From: Rebecca billardiae RCC1528
Lineage: Eukaryota; Protista; Haptophyta
Assembly (NCBI GenBank): GCA_965240325.2
Contig: OZ251227.1
Coordinates: 1,674,001 to 1,738,000 of the forward strand
Direction of reading: 5' to 3'
DNA length: 64,000 nt
Shown: positions 24,550 to 35,960 of the stretch, one piece after another
Layout of the letters: each line of letters begins with the position of its first letter
Position numbering within the stretch: position 1 is the stretch's first letter
Program-made: the position numbers and the translations under genes
Notes under the pieces: generated by a model
The model's input: the letters and a program-made list of their open reading frames with translations, nothing else
The model's database searches: none
What the model was told of the DNA's origin: nothing

Positions 24550-25650
24550 TCACTCATCATTACCCTCACTGGCTGTTCGCCGCGTCCACCACCTCCTCGT
24601 TATGCATAGCGATGCGCCGCACCGCGTCTTGCGTCCCGCTTGCACGTCGCTGCCGGTTTCGGTGTCGATCAATTTGGCATGGTCAGTTTCCAATTGTCTC
24701 GGCAGAAGGAGACCGTACACTGACGACCCGAAGATCACAATCACGCCAGCCAATGTCGTGAGTGTCGGAAGTGCATCTGTTCGCCTCGTGAACAGTGACT
24801 GCAACACCAGCGCGGAGGTAACCTCTGCCCCCATCATCTCGACGGTGCCCATGACCGCGCGCATGCGCCGGAGAGCAATGCTGAGGGAAGCTTGCATGAT
24901 GGTCCCGCAAGCTGCCATCGTAAGCAGCAAGCCCCAGGCTTCTGGCGCTCGTGCAGGTTCGGAGGTTTGTGCGAAGAATGGGGAGCGTGTGGCGAACGCA
25001 CCAACCGGCGCCATCACCAGCACGCCCCATGCGTTGGATGCAAGCACAGTGCTCAGGGGCATCTGCGCACCACTTGTCGTAGTCGTACTCATCGCACGGA
25101 CGAACACGTACGCCAGTGCCATGAATAGCGCGCTGGCGAGTGCGCATGCGCTGCCGACCACACGGTCGCTAGTGACGGGCGAGCCGATGGATGGGCCCAT
25201 GATGAGCGCCACGCCTAGCACGGCCCCGACGCATGCGAGCGTGTCTGACACTCGCAGCTCTTCGGCAAAGATCAGCCGGGCTAGGATGCCAGCGAAAAGG
25301 GGCACAGACGAGACGAGCGAGACAGTGTCCGCAAGCGGAATGAGGGTGATCGACTTGAAGTAGAACAGATTGCCCATACCGCTCATGAAAGATCGCTGCG
25401 CGATCAGCGCAGTGTGCTTCCGTGTTTCTCCGAGGAGAGCGCGGGGGTGGTCGGCGCTCCAGATATGCATCGCAAGCACGAGGCACAAGTGAGAGATTCC
25501 CCGCATGAAGACCACCTCGTAGATGGGTACACCATGTTGGGCCTCGAGCACTTTCGCCAGCAGGGAGCTGAGCGTGCCCGTCAGGCCAGCACACAGGACG
25601 AGGGCGTGATCGAGAAGTCGGATGATGTGGATGGGCGTGCCCTCCGCCAT
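24550..25650 (-). CDS. EamA/DMT (SLC35G-like) transporter
   Basis: GVPIYEVVFMRG, RS..G....FYF.SIT.IPLAD......PLFAGILARLIFAE; about 10 TM segments. Intronless. Confidence 0.85.
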   Translation of the reverse strand: MAEGTPIHIIRLLDHALVLCAGLTGTLSSLLAKVLEAQHGVPIYEVVFMRGISHLCLVLAMHIWSADHPRALLGETRKHTALIAQRSFMSGMGNLFYFKSITLIPLADTVSLVSSVPLFAGILARLIFAEELRVSDTLACVGAVLGVALIMGPSIGSPVTSDRVVGSACALASALFMALAYVFVRAMSTTTTSGAQMPLSTVLASNAWGVLVMAPVGAFATRSPFFAQTSEPARAPEAWGLLLTMAACGTIMQASLSIALRRMRAVMGTVEMMGAEVTSALVLQSLFTRRTDALPTLTTLAGVIVIFGSSVYGLLLPRQLETDHAKLIDTETGSDVQAGRKTRCGASLCITRRWWTRRTASEGNDE

Positions 25651-26588
25651 GATGCTGATGACGTGCAGTGTAACCAAGTGTGCACGTTAAATCATAGTAA
25701 ACTGTAAAGCTGCTCATCGAAACCCTTTGATCGAAACAAGCTGTGTCCGGGGTCCCGCAACTCGCCGGTGGGCGGTGGGTCTGAAGTTATGATACAGGTG
25801 GATACGGGTCAACTGGACAGTGGCCGACCCAACTCACGCGGAGGCCTCTCTCGGAGCATTGGGGTCGAAGGGGCGCCAGGGACGGACTTCAGGGGGTCCC
25901 TGGAGTTCCGCCGCAGCGCGCTTTCTGCGCTGCGGGCCCGTCTCCGCGCGTGGCGGCCGCAATGGCACTGTCCAATTAGCCCCTGGCACTGGCTGAGGCA
26001 TGGGAATCGAGCTCAGAGACGCGCGCGCGGAGGAAAAGCGTGTGCATCGGCTCGGACGGTTGCTCTGGGACCTACCCACGCCAGCGCAACCGCGCCTTGC
26101 CTCGGAGTCCGCCCTTCCTGAGTCCGCGCACGCGCCTTGCGGCTTGAACCGCTGGCGTTCGGCCTTGTGCGCGGGACTCATGAAACAAGGCGAAGGCGGC
26201 GAGAAGCGCGACCTGGCGCGTGCGCAGACGACGTTCCACGACCAGGTGAGTTCAGCAAACATCGTGCGCCGTCGTGGCGACCCGCCAGTGGGCGCTCGTG
26301 CTCGTTCGCCCACGAGCCCTCGCCACGAGGCCCGCCGCCCGCTGAGTGTCCAGTTAGCCCCGGTGTCCAGTTGACCCGTATCAAGGGCTTGACTTCACGC
26401 TGGGGACCAGCCCGTCGCGGGCCTTTATTTGACGCCCGGCTCACCACCCGGCCAAGCAGGCTCGCACCGCGCCCCTCGGCGACCCCCCCCGTGACCTGGC
26501 TGCCGCCGCGCCGCAGTCGCTGGCGTAGAGCCGCGCGCGGCGCTGGCGCGCCAGACGCGCCCGGTTGGGCAGCGCAGGCACCCTCAGC

Positions 26589-26708
26589 GGCCAGGACGAC
26601 GACTTCCTCAACGGCAAGGGCGACGACTTCCTCTGCGGCCAGGGCGACGACTTCCTCAACGGCAAGGACGACGACTTCCTCAACGGCAAGGGCGACTACT
26701 CCCTCAAC
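26589..26708 (+). repeat. 24-bp minisatellite (5 units) readable as (G)KGDDFLN
   Basis: GGCAAGGGCGACGACTTCCTCAAC-like units in tandem. Confidence 0.8.
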
Positions 26709-27024
26709 TCGGCAAGGCCACTAGGCCGCGCACACCGGCCCGGGCGACCACATCCACTACCTGCACTACGGCATCAACTTGAACAGCCTCGGACGACGAC
26801 GACACGGGCAACTACATGATGACCAAGGCCGACGACGACTGCAAAACAGCGGCATCCCCGGGCGCCTACTACCTCAGTGACCGTGTGATCAGCATCGGTT
26901 ACGACGACTCCCTCACCCGCGGCCAACGCGCTCCGACATCCTCCATTAACTCCATTCAGTACTTCGACAGACGAATCAGGAGAGCTGCGCCCTCGTGCCT
27001 GTGTCTTTAAATCATAGAATTAGT

Positions 27025-30000
27025 CACCGGGTCACATATGCGCAATTCGCGTACCCGCTTACGCGCTCGATAGGACAAAAGCCGCTCGTCGTCCGGTCAA
27101 AAACCGCTCGTCGTTCGGCGCTTTCCGTACTCACATTCGCGCGAATCGCATCGGCGCATTCGTCGTGTCGCGAGTTCACATTTCACATTCGCACGAACCG
27201 TCAGTTTCTCGCTGGACATTTCACGAGCGAAAGGGCGCGCTGATAGTGGCACGCGGGTATCATCTTGCATCTTGCATTGGACTACGAGTATCGGAGCAAC
27301 CTCGCGCGGCCTCGCGTCGACGAACGACGTCCCGTGAAGGACGACAAGAGCCCACGCCATTCCAAGGGTCGCCCTTGCGTTGACGTCTCGTTCGGTCGCG
27401 CGACGAGCGGCTCGCGTGCGGCGCCAAGCGAGCGACGCGGGGCGCGCGGCGGGCGCACGCGCGAGGCTGCCCACCACGCGCACGCGCGCGACCCCGCCGG
27501 CTCGGGCGACACGCCGCCGCCTCAGCTCGAGCACGAGCGCGAGGCGTGGCGCCGGCTCGGTGGGCGGCGGACGGCTCGACCTGCACTGCGGTGCCAGCGG
27601 ATGAAGCGGCAAGCCCGGCGGGCGCATACGCGCAGGTCCGCCCTCCACGCGCGAGCGCGCGACTGCGTGTTCCACGAGCTGCAGCAGGCGGCCGCGGGCT
27701 GGTCGGCGGCCGGCGAGGTCGGCGGAGTGCCGCCCGGCCCGCGTTCTCGCTTGGGCGCGGGCCACACTCTCACTCACAGCGCGGGGCGTGGTGCTGTGGA
27801 CGGGCCAGTCATTGCAGCGCGCACTCCGTGGTCAGACGTGCACACGCGCGCGCGTCGTCAGCCCCGCCGCTGCGCCCCTGTGGCGCCGTTGGCAGGCGTC
27901 GGAATTCCGAGCTCGGGCTACCGGCCCGGCGTGCCATCATGCGTTTCAGAAACAGGTTTCCAGCCCAAGTTGACGCGCAGCGCCAACCCATATCAAAGGA
28001 ATTCTGGAAACCCACGAGAACAAAGGCACGACTTCACGCTGGGGACCAGCCCGTCGCCAGTCTGCAGCCAAGCCGTTACACGGCACCCTCCGCCTCCGGC
28101 GGAGGGTCTGAGGGCGGAAGGTCATGCGGGCGTGCTTCGCCCGTGGTTCGCTGGTGCGACTCTTGGGGGCGGCACGACGGCCGCATGTGATCGTTCGAAG
28201 GCGCAAACGCGGCTGCGAGTGATCCGGAGACACGTCAGCTGGCCGCATGCAAGCGCTCCGCTTGGTAGCTCATGTTCTCGTCGCCTCACCACTGGGGCGT
28301 ACGCTCGGTGACTCGGCAAGCCGCAGCGCGCGTGTGGCGACTCAGGGCGAGAGAGGAGATGACAGGTAAAGTTTGCGCTGAGAGCAGGCCGGGGCATGGT
28401 TAGTAAAAACCGGCTGCGCACTTCGCGCGCTTCATTGCACTGCACCATCGACCGTGAGCGCGCCTGGAAGAAGGCGTCACAAAGACGCCGTGCGAGAAGA
28501 CCGCCATCTCGGCCGGTTTTTCCGGTGACTCCGTGACTGGACTGACTGCACTGCTCTCACGTAGGTTTTTGAGCGCGTCTGCGCTCGTCCAACTTTGGCT
28601 CCCCGCGCCGACCGTTCTTGGTGTGTGGACAACGGCCTGCAGCCCACGGTGAAAAGGGTATTCAGGAGTCGACCAAGAAGCGTCCAAAGTCTCCGAGATG
28701 GCGGCCTTCTCGCACGGCATCTTTGTGACGCCTTCTTCCAGGCGCGCTCACGGTCGATGGTGCAGTGCAATGAAGCGCGCGAAGTGGGCAGCCGGTCTTT
28801 ACTAACCATGCCCCGGCCTGCTCTCAGCGCAAACTTTACCTGTCATCCCCTCTCTCGCCCTGAGTCGCCACACGCGCGCTGCGGCTTGCCGAGTCACCGA
28901 GCGTACGCCCCAGTGGTGAGGCGACGAGAAGGTGAGCTACCAGGCTGGGCGCTTGCATGCGGCCAGCTGATATGTCTCCGGATCACTCGCAGCCGCGTTT
29001 GCGCCTTCGAACGATCACATCCGGCCGCAAAAAGCTCACGCAGGCCGCCACAGCTGGGCACCCTGGGCTCACGGGCGAAGCACGCCCGCAGCCACTCTTC
29101 CGCCCTCAGACCCTCCGCCGCAGGCGGAGGGTGCCGTGTAACGGCTTGGCTGCAGACTGAGCCCGTCGCGGGCCTTTATTTGACGCCCGGCTCACCACCC
29201 ACCCACCCATCCGTCGGCCCACCGGGTCACATAAGCGCAATTCGCGTACCCGCTTACGCGCTCGCTAGGACAAAAGCCGCTCGTCGTTCGGTCAAAAGCC
29301 GCTCGTCGTTCGGCGCTTTGCGTACTCACATTCGCGCGAATCGCATCGGCGCATATTCGTCCGGTGTCCTCTCGACTCTCGACGTGGCGTCCCGGGTCCG
29401 AAGCGGACACCGGAGCCGAGACGAAAGCCCACGGGCCACGAATCCAAGGGTCGCCCTCGTGTCGGTCGGTCCGACGAACGGCTCGCGTGCGGCGCCAGCG
29501 AGCGACGCGGGGCACGCGGCGGGCGCACGCGCGAGGCTGCCCACCACGCGCACGCGCGCGAACCCGCCGGCTCGGGCGACACGCGCCGCCTCAGCTCGAG
29601 CACGAGCGCGAGGCGTGGCGCCAGCCCGCGGTCGGGCGGCGGAGGGCTCGAGCTGCCGACTGCGCGCGGCGAGCGGCTCGCATGCGGTGCCAGCGGATGA
29701 AGCGGCACGCGCGGCGGGCGCATACGCGCAGGGCCGCCATCCACGCGCGAGCGCGCGACTGCGTGTTCCACGAGCTGCAGCAGGCGGCCGCGGGCTGGTC
29801 GGCGGCCGGCGAGGTCGGCGGGGAGTGCCGCCCGCGGGGCCCGCGTTCTCGCTTGGGCGCGGGCCACACTCTCACTCACAGCGCGGGGCGTGGTGCTGCA
29901 GACGGGCCAGTCATTGCAGCGCGTGGTCAGACGTGCACACGCGCGCGCGTCGTCAGCCCCGCCGCTGCGCCCCTGTGGCGCCGTTGGCAGCGTCGGAATT

Positions 30001-31167
30001 CCGAGCTCGGGCCACCGGCCCGGCGTGCCATCGTGCGTTTCAGAAACAGGTTTCCAGCCCAAGTTGACGCGCAGCGCCAACCCATACTTAATTCTGGAAA
30101 CCCACGAGAACAAAGGCACGACTTCACGCTGGGGACCAGCCCGTCGCACGCCTTTTTTTGACGCCTTTACCACCGACCCACGGGGTCACATATGCGCAAT
30201 TCGCGTACCCACTTAAGCGCTCGATAGGACAAAAACCGCTCGTCGTTCAGTCAAAAACCGCTCGTCGTTCGGCGCTTTGCGTACTCTCATTCGCGCGAAT
30301 CGCATCGGCTCATTATTCGTCGTGTCGCGAGTTCACACTTCACATTCACACGAACCATCACTTTCTCGCTAGACATTTCACGAGCGAAAGGGCGCGCTGA
30401 TATTGACACGCGGGTATCATCTTGCATTTGACATACGAGCGTCGGAGCAACCTCGCGCGGCCTCGGCGGCGTCCCGGGTCCGAAGCCGACAAAGAGCGAG
30501 AGCCCACGAGCCCGAGGGTCGCCCTCGTCCTGGCGGTCGGTCGCGCGACGAACGGCTCGCGTGCGGCGCCAGCGAGCAACGCGGGGCGCGCGGCGGGCTC
30601 ACGCGCGAGGCCACCCACCACGCGCACGCGTGCGAACCCGCCGGCTCGGGCGACACGCGCCGCCTCAGCTCGAGCACGAGCGCGAGGCGTGGCGCCGGCC
30701 CGGTCAGGGCGGCGGAGGGCTCGAGCTGCCGACTGCGCGCGACGAGCGCCCTCGCGTGCGGTGCCAGCGGATGAAGCGGCACGCGCGGCGGGCGCATACG
30801 CGCAGGGCCGCCATCCACGCGCGAGCGCGCGACTGCGTGCCTTCCACGAGCTGCAGCAGGCGGCCGCGGGTTGGTCGGCGGACGGCAAGCGGTCGGCGGA
30901 GTGCCGCCCGGCCGGCGTTTCGCTTGGGCGCGGGCCACACTCTCACTCACAGCGCGGGGCGTGGTGCTGCAGACGGGCCAGTCATTATTGCAGCGCGCAC
31001 TCCGTGCCCAGACGTGCACACGCGCGCGCGTCGTCAGCCCCGCCGCCGCGCCCCTGTGGCGCCGTTGGCAGCGTCGGAATTCCGAGCTCGGGCCACCGGC
31101 CCGGCGTGCCATCGTGCGTTTCAGAAACAGGTTTCCAGCCCAAGTTGACGCGCAGCGCCAACCCATA
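27025..31167. repeat. Tandem array of a ~0.95-1 kb unit (3 copies plus a partial junction at ~26390-26450)
   Basis: Copies at ~27025-28057, ~29220-30150 and ~30180-31167 share GGGTCACAT..GCGCAATTCGCGTACCC and TTTCAGAAACAGGTTTCCAGCCCAAGTTGACG. Confidence 0.85.
28058..29159. mobile_element. Non-autonomous foldback (MULE-like) element, ~430-bp TIRs, 10-bp TSD
   Basis: Ends CAGTCTGCAG...CTGCAGACTG. TSD AGCCCGTCGC at 28048-28057 and 29160-29169. Empty site at ~26402-26448. Confidence 0.9.
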
Positions 31168-31169
31168 TA

Positions 31170-33728
31170 CAAAGGACCATCAAATACCTAGGAGAGAAAC
31201 TCGTTGGTTTCAGGGCTCCAAGACGGTACACCGGACACCGGTAAATACCGTACCGGTGCGTACCGGTGCGTACCGGTATGCACCGCCACAAACTGCCGCG
31301 CACCGGTGAGAGTCCGGGAGGGGTCGTGTGCGCCCGGACCACAGCACCCGCGAGTACGGACTACTGCAGGAGCTGTCACTTGTCAGTGTCCGAGGTCGGA
31401 GTCACTGCTGGCAGGCTGGCTCAGGGAAGGCGACTACGGCCGCCGATTTCGTCCAATAATTGGGCTGTTTCTATCAGTAAATAGGCCCAAAAATTTTCGC
31501 CGCCTCGGGCCGGCGAGGCCCCGGGGGGGACACCCCCCCGGACCCCCCCGCGGTGCGCGCACCGGTGTACCGGTACACCGGCGCCTGCGGCGCCGGTGCA
31601 CCGGTACGCGTACCGAGCACCGGATCTTTGAGCCCTGGTTGGTTTCGTCAGTCGGAGCTGGTGGTCGACGAAACCCAGGGTGCCGAGCAGAAGCGAGGTC
31701 GGAATGGCGAGGAGGCGGCCCTCTCCGCCACGGCCCACGATCCGCGTGTCTTCAGCGGGCACATGGGCACCGCCGTGCTCTCGGACGGGGCTCGCTTGAA
31801 GGGGACACCCGACCGACACACCAGCACCCCTCTCGCGTGCCTTGCTTCACCTCCTCCGTGCCGTTAGTGGGAGCACGCGCCTTCCGGTTCCATGCTCCCA
31901 TTTGGCGTGCACGGCGGCTCCGCGACTCGTGCGCAGCACTGCGTGGGCGACCAAACGTGGGTGAAGTGCCTTGGTACCGCGGGGTGTGGTGTGTTTGGCA
32001 CGCCAAACGAACTTCACCCACGTTTTCTTGCGATTTCGACGCCACATACATGTTGCCTTGCGTTGTGCCTGGGTGCGCATCCGGGAAGTGGCGAGCACAC
32101 CCTCAGGAGAGGTGAGGAGGGCATGGTGATGGCGTGTGCGGGCGCACAGCAACGTTCTGGAGCATGTGCGTGCACGTGCGAGCGCTGGTCGACGGACCGT
32201 GCCTACCTGTGGCACGCGCGCGCTCACGCGCCGCTAATCTTTCCCACCCGACCAGCGTGGTGAAATGGCTTGAGCGGCGCTGCACTTGCAAGGGCGCGTT
32301 CGCGCACAGACGCGGTTGGAACACGTTGTGCAGGTCATGAGCACCCTACGCCGCTGCGCCAACGCGCTCCACCGCGTTTGGTCGCCCAGGCAGTGCTGCA
32401 CGTGATGCGCTGTCGGCACAGGCCGAGTGCTGCGCCGTTCAGCCCCCTCCTGTTTGGCGCGCGGTCAAAGGGCAGTCTGGTGGGCGCGCTGTAAGAGTCA
32501 AACAGCACGGTATGCATGGTCGACCCGCCCACCGATCAGTAAGTAGCTGCTCGTCAGTGTGATGGCCGCGGCTCAATAGCCTATTAGCAGAGTCACCGGC
32601 CAGCCACACACCCTGCTCGACCGCGCAGTGGGACACCGGGCCGTGACCGCGCAGCGGCGTAGTCAGCCGCGGGGCCGCTGCGGCACACTCTCGGCGGCGG
32701 AGTCTGACTTGGCAGTGATGGTGAAAGTGCGGCGGGCGTGCGGCGCCCCTGAATAATAGTAATCGGTCCTAGCCTGGTGCTCGCAGTCACAGAGTCGGTC
32801 ATCACTCACCAGCAGGCCCTCTAGCGAGACCAGCTCAGCCACCGGCAGACACACAAGCTGATCACACTCACAGCGCGAGCCCGGGCGCGCGGCTGCTGCT
32901 CGTGTTGCGCCGCGCGCTGCTGCTGGCTCATCCACGTTGCCGGCGCAGGCCATCTGACGGGCTTGTTGGCATGCATGCCTGAACCTGTGCCGGCACTAGC
33001 CTCAGCGCGAGCAGGCGCCAACTGGCGTTGTAACCGCCTGTATGCCAACCTCGGTGTACTCACCGCAGCGCTGAGCGCGCGCGCGCGTGCCACAGGTAGG
33101 CACGGTCCGTCGACCAGCGCTCGCACGTGCACGCACATGCTCCAGAACGTTGCTGTGCGCCCGCACACGCCATCACCATGCCCTCCTCACCTCTCCTGAG
33201 GGTGTGCTCGCCACTTCCCGGATGCGCACCCAGGCACAACGCAAGGCAACATGTATGTGGCGTCGAAATCGCAAGAAAACGTGGGTGAAGTTCGTTTGGC
33301 GTGCCAAACACACCACACCCCGCGGTACCAAGGCACTTCACCCACGTTTGGTCGCCCACGCAGTGCTGCGCACGAGTCGCGGAGCCGCCGTGCACGCCAA
33401 ATGGGAGCATGGAACCGGAAGGCGCGTGCTCCCACTAACGGCACGGAGGAGGTGAAGCAAGGCACGCGAGAGGGGTGCTGGTGTGTCGGTCGGGTGTCCC
33501 CTTCAAGCGAGCCCCGTCCGAGAGCACGGCGGTGCCCATGTGCCCGCTGAAGACACGCGGATCGTGGGTCGTGGCGGAGAGGGCCGCCTCCTCGCCATTC
33601 CGACCTCGCTTCTGCTCGGCACCCTGGGTTTCGTCGACCACCAGCTCCGACAGCGACGCTAACCAAAAACCACTGTGTCAACCCGACGAAACCCGGAGTT
33701 TCTCTCCTAGGTATTTGATGGTCCTTTG
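31170..33728. mobile_element. Foldback element with ~600-bp inverted arms
   Basis: CAAAGGACCATCAAATACCTAGGAGAGAAACTC is inverted at the right end (to 33728). Arms ~31650-32223 and ~33075-33650 are near-identical inverted copies. TSD unclear. Confidence 0.85.
31211..31637. mobile_element. hAT-type MITE nested in the foldback arm
   Basis: TIR CAGGGCTC...GAGCCCTG. 8-bp TSD GTTGGTTT at 31203-31210 and 31638-31645. Many ACCGGT/GTAC subterminal motifs. Absent from the opposite arm. Confidence 0.88.
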
Positions 33729-33856
33729 ATTATATTCTGGTAATCTGGTTGGCTTATTAGAGGGGTTTTACTCCGAAAGTCAGCGGGTTTTACTCCGAAA
33801 GTCAGCGGATCGCCGGCTTTTACCCCGCGTGCCCGTGGTTGGGACAGTCTTCGCAC

Positions 33857-34567
33857 ATATGTGGCTGAGTCAGTTTAAAATCCCCTTTTTAGTGCAGGGG
33901 TCGCGATCCGAGTTAGCTAGCCTACCCGAAGCGCCTCGTCGAGAGGAGCACGTAGAGCCCAAGAACGTCGACGAAGGACCAAAATTGGGCGAGAAAATCC
34001 ATTTTTTTGAATTTCTGAGAAGTGTGAGTCAGATTTAGGATCTGAGACTGCTGCCAGCCTGAGCCGCGCGCCGCGCGGCAGCGCGCGCGCTGGGCGCCGG
34101 GCGGCGGCCAGCGCGTCAAGAGGTCACGGCGCAGCTAGAGACGCATGTCGCTGCCGCACCCACTGGCGCAGCTTGCTCAGTGCATCCTGTCAGGCCTGTA
34201 GGCAGCGTGTCTGGCGCTTGTCGAGGCCGGCATCACTCCACGCCGCCATCCGACGTTACGAGCCGCTCCGTGCCGTGAGCCGAGCTGCTGCATGACTCAG
34301 CACCTCGTCCTTGAACTTGCCGCATGTCGGCGGTGCTGCTCGCTACGATCACCTCCCTGCTGACTCGGCTGCGACCGAGCCCATCCAGTTGGCTCCGATC
34401 ACCGCGGCTCGCCCAGGACGGCCGACCGCAGGCATGCTGGCAACCGCACGGGCGGCCCACTCTGAGCTTGCGGGTGAGTCAGCGGGTTTCGACTTTCTTT
34501 GACCGGGCTTTGCGCGGAAAAAGTTTCCCTTCGCCGAAGGGGAATTTAAACTGACTCAGCCACATAT
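33857..34567. mobile_element. MITE-like element with ~31-bp TIRs
   Basis: ATATGTGGCTGAGTCAGTTTAAAATCCCCTT versus AAGGGGAATTTAAACTGACTCAGCCACATAT. Confidence 0.75.
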
Positions 34568-34719
34568 TTGCTGCGACAGTAGATAGTGCCAATCCACGTG
34601 TGAGGTATGCGTTTGTCCTTTCCTGCTTGAGTTGCCGCTATTTGGGCCCCGCGCGGCCATGAGTATTGTTCAATATACAGCTGCGAGGTACAAGTATTCA
34701 AGTGAGTATTCAACGCAGG

Positions 34720-34847
34720 GGTGTCAAGGCACTTGGTGTATCGGTCAGTGGTTTGAGGTTGGGTGAGGGTGGTGGTTGGTTGGGGGCTGGCCAGGGTAGG
34801 GCTGGAGGCTTCGGCCGCCAGTCTGATCACCCGGAGCCCGTTATAAA
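34720..34847 (+). mobile_element. 5'-truncated copy of the non-LTR retrotransposon 3' end
   Basis: Near-identical to the reverse complement of 62202-62331 and ends at the same CCCGTTATAAA terminus. Confidence 0.8.
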
Positions 34848-35409
34848 CTTATAAAGGGGAATTTGAAGGTCGTATTCGTCGATCGATTACAGCCGACGCG
34901 ACTCAAGTTAATTGGCGGCTCATTATTTGAACAGCAACCGCGATGATACTCGCTCGTCAAGAGGGGCCCGCTCCCTGTCCGGTTAAGACCCGGACTGCCA
35001 CTGCCGCGTGCAAGCACTGCGGCCGCAGGGCGTCCCTCGCCCCATGGGAGAGGGGAGGTAGTCCGGGTCTCAACCGGACAGGGCCCGCTCCAAAGAATAG
35101 AGGGGGCGCTCGGGCCAGGCTGACCGCCGTGACGGGAGGTCGAGATGCCACCGCGGGCGCCGCGGGGCTGCGACCGAGGGTGTGGACCGTCGGGGTGATG
35201 TGTGAGCAAGATGTTCACGCCCTGTCACCTGCAACTGTCGACGGCCGTCCTCCACCTGCACCTCGCCTGCACCTCACGACCGGGTGCCCGGATGACCGAT
35301 CTGTAACGCTCGACGAGTGATCCCGACGGCTCGACGAGTGATCGAGTGATCCGCACGACGGGCGTCGCTTGCAACTGATCACGGCCGCTCTCCTGCCCGG
35401 CGCTCAGGA

Positions 35410-35960
35410 GGCGCACGCTTGATGCGTGTCCTACGCGGTTGTCACCTAACGACCTGCCCCGGCGGTTGCAACTCTCTACATCTCTCGACGGAGTGGCGCG
35501 CCGCCGTCCGCGTTGCTCGACTGGATCTGCGCACCGGGCCTCGCCTGCAACTGTTTTGATGCGTGCCATGCCCTGCGCGGTTGGCACCTGGCTGCCTGCC
35601 CCTGCTGCTGCAACTCTCGACGGCGGCGCGCCGATCAGTGTTGCTCGACTGGATGTGCGCACCGCGCCTCGCCTGCAAGTGTTTACGGCCGTCCACCAGC
35701 CCTACGGTCCGAGGCTCAGTCGGCGCGCGCGCTTGATGCGTGCCGTGCCCTGCGCGGTTGGCACCTGGCTGCCTGGCCCTGCTGCTGCCGAACTCTCGAC
35801 GGCGGTGCGCCGAATCAGTGTTGCTCGACTGGATTACTGCGCACCGGGCGTCGCCTGCAAGTGTTCAGTACGGCCGTCCACCAGCCCTACATACACGGTG
35901 CGAGGCTCAGTAGACAGTAGGGGCGCGCGCTTGATGCGTGCCCTGCGCAGTTGTCAACGC
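35410..35960. repeat. Degenerate ~150-195-bp tandem repeat
   Basis: Recurring TTGATGCGTGCC..TGCGCGGTTG, AACTCTCGACGG and GTTGCTCGACTGGAT blocks. Confidence 0.7.

Noticed and set aside
27265-33729. ORFs of 250-490 aa in the tandem and foldback region
   Set aside because: Arg/Ala-rich translations of repeats; frames are not conserved between copies.
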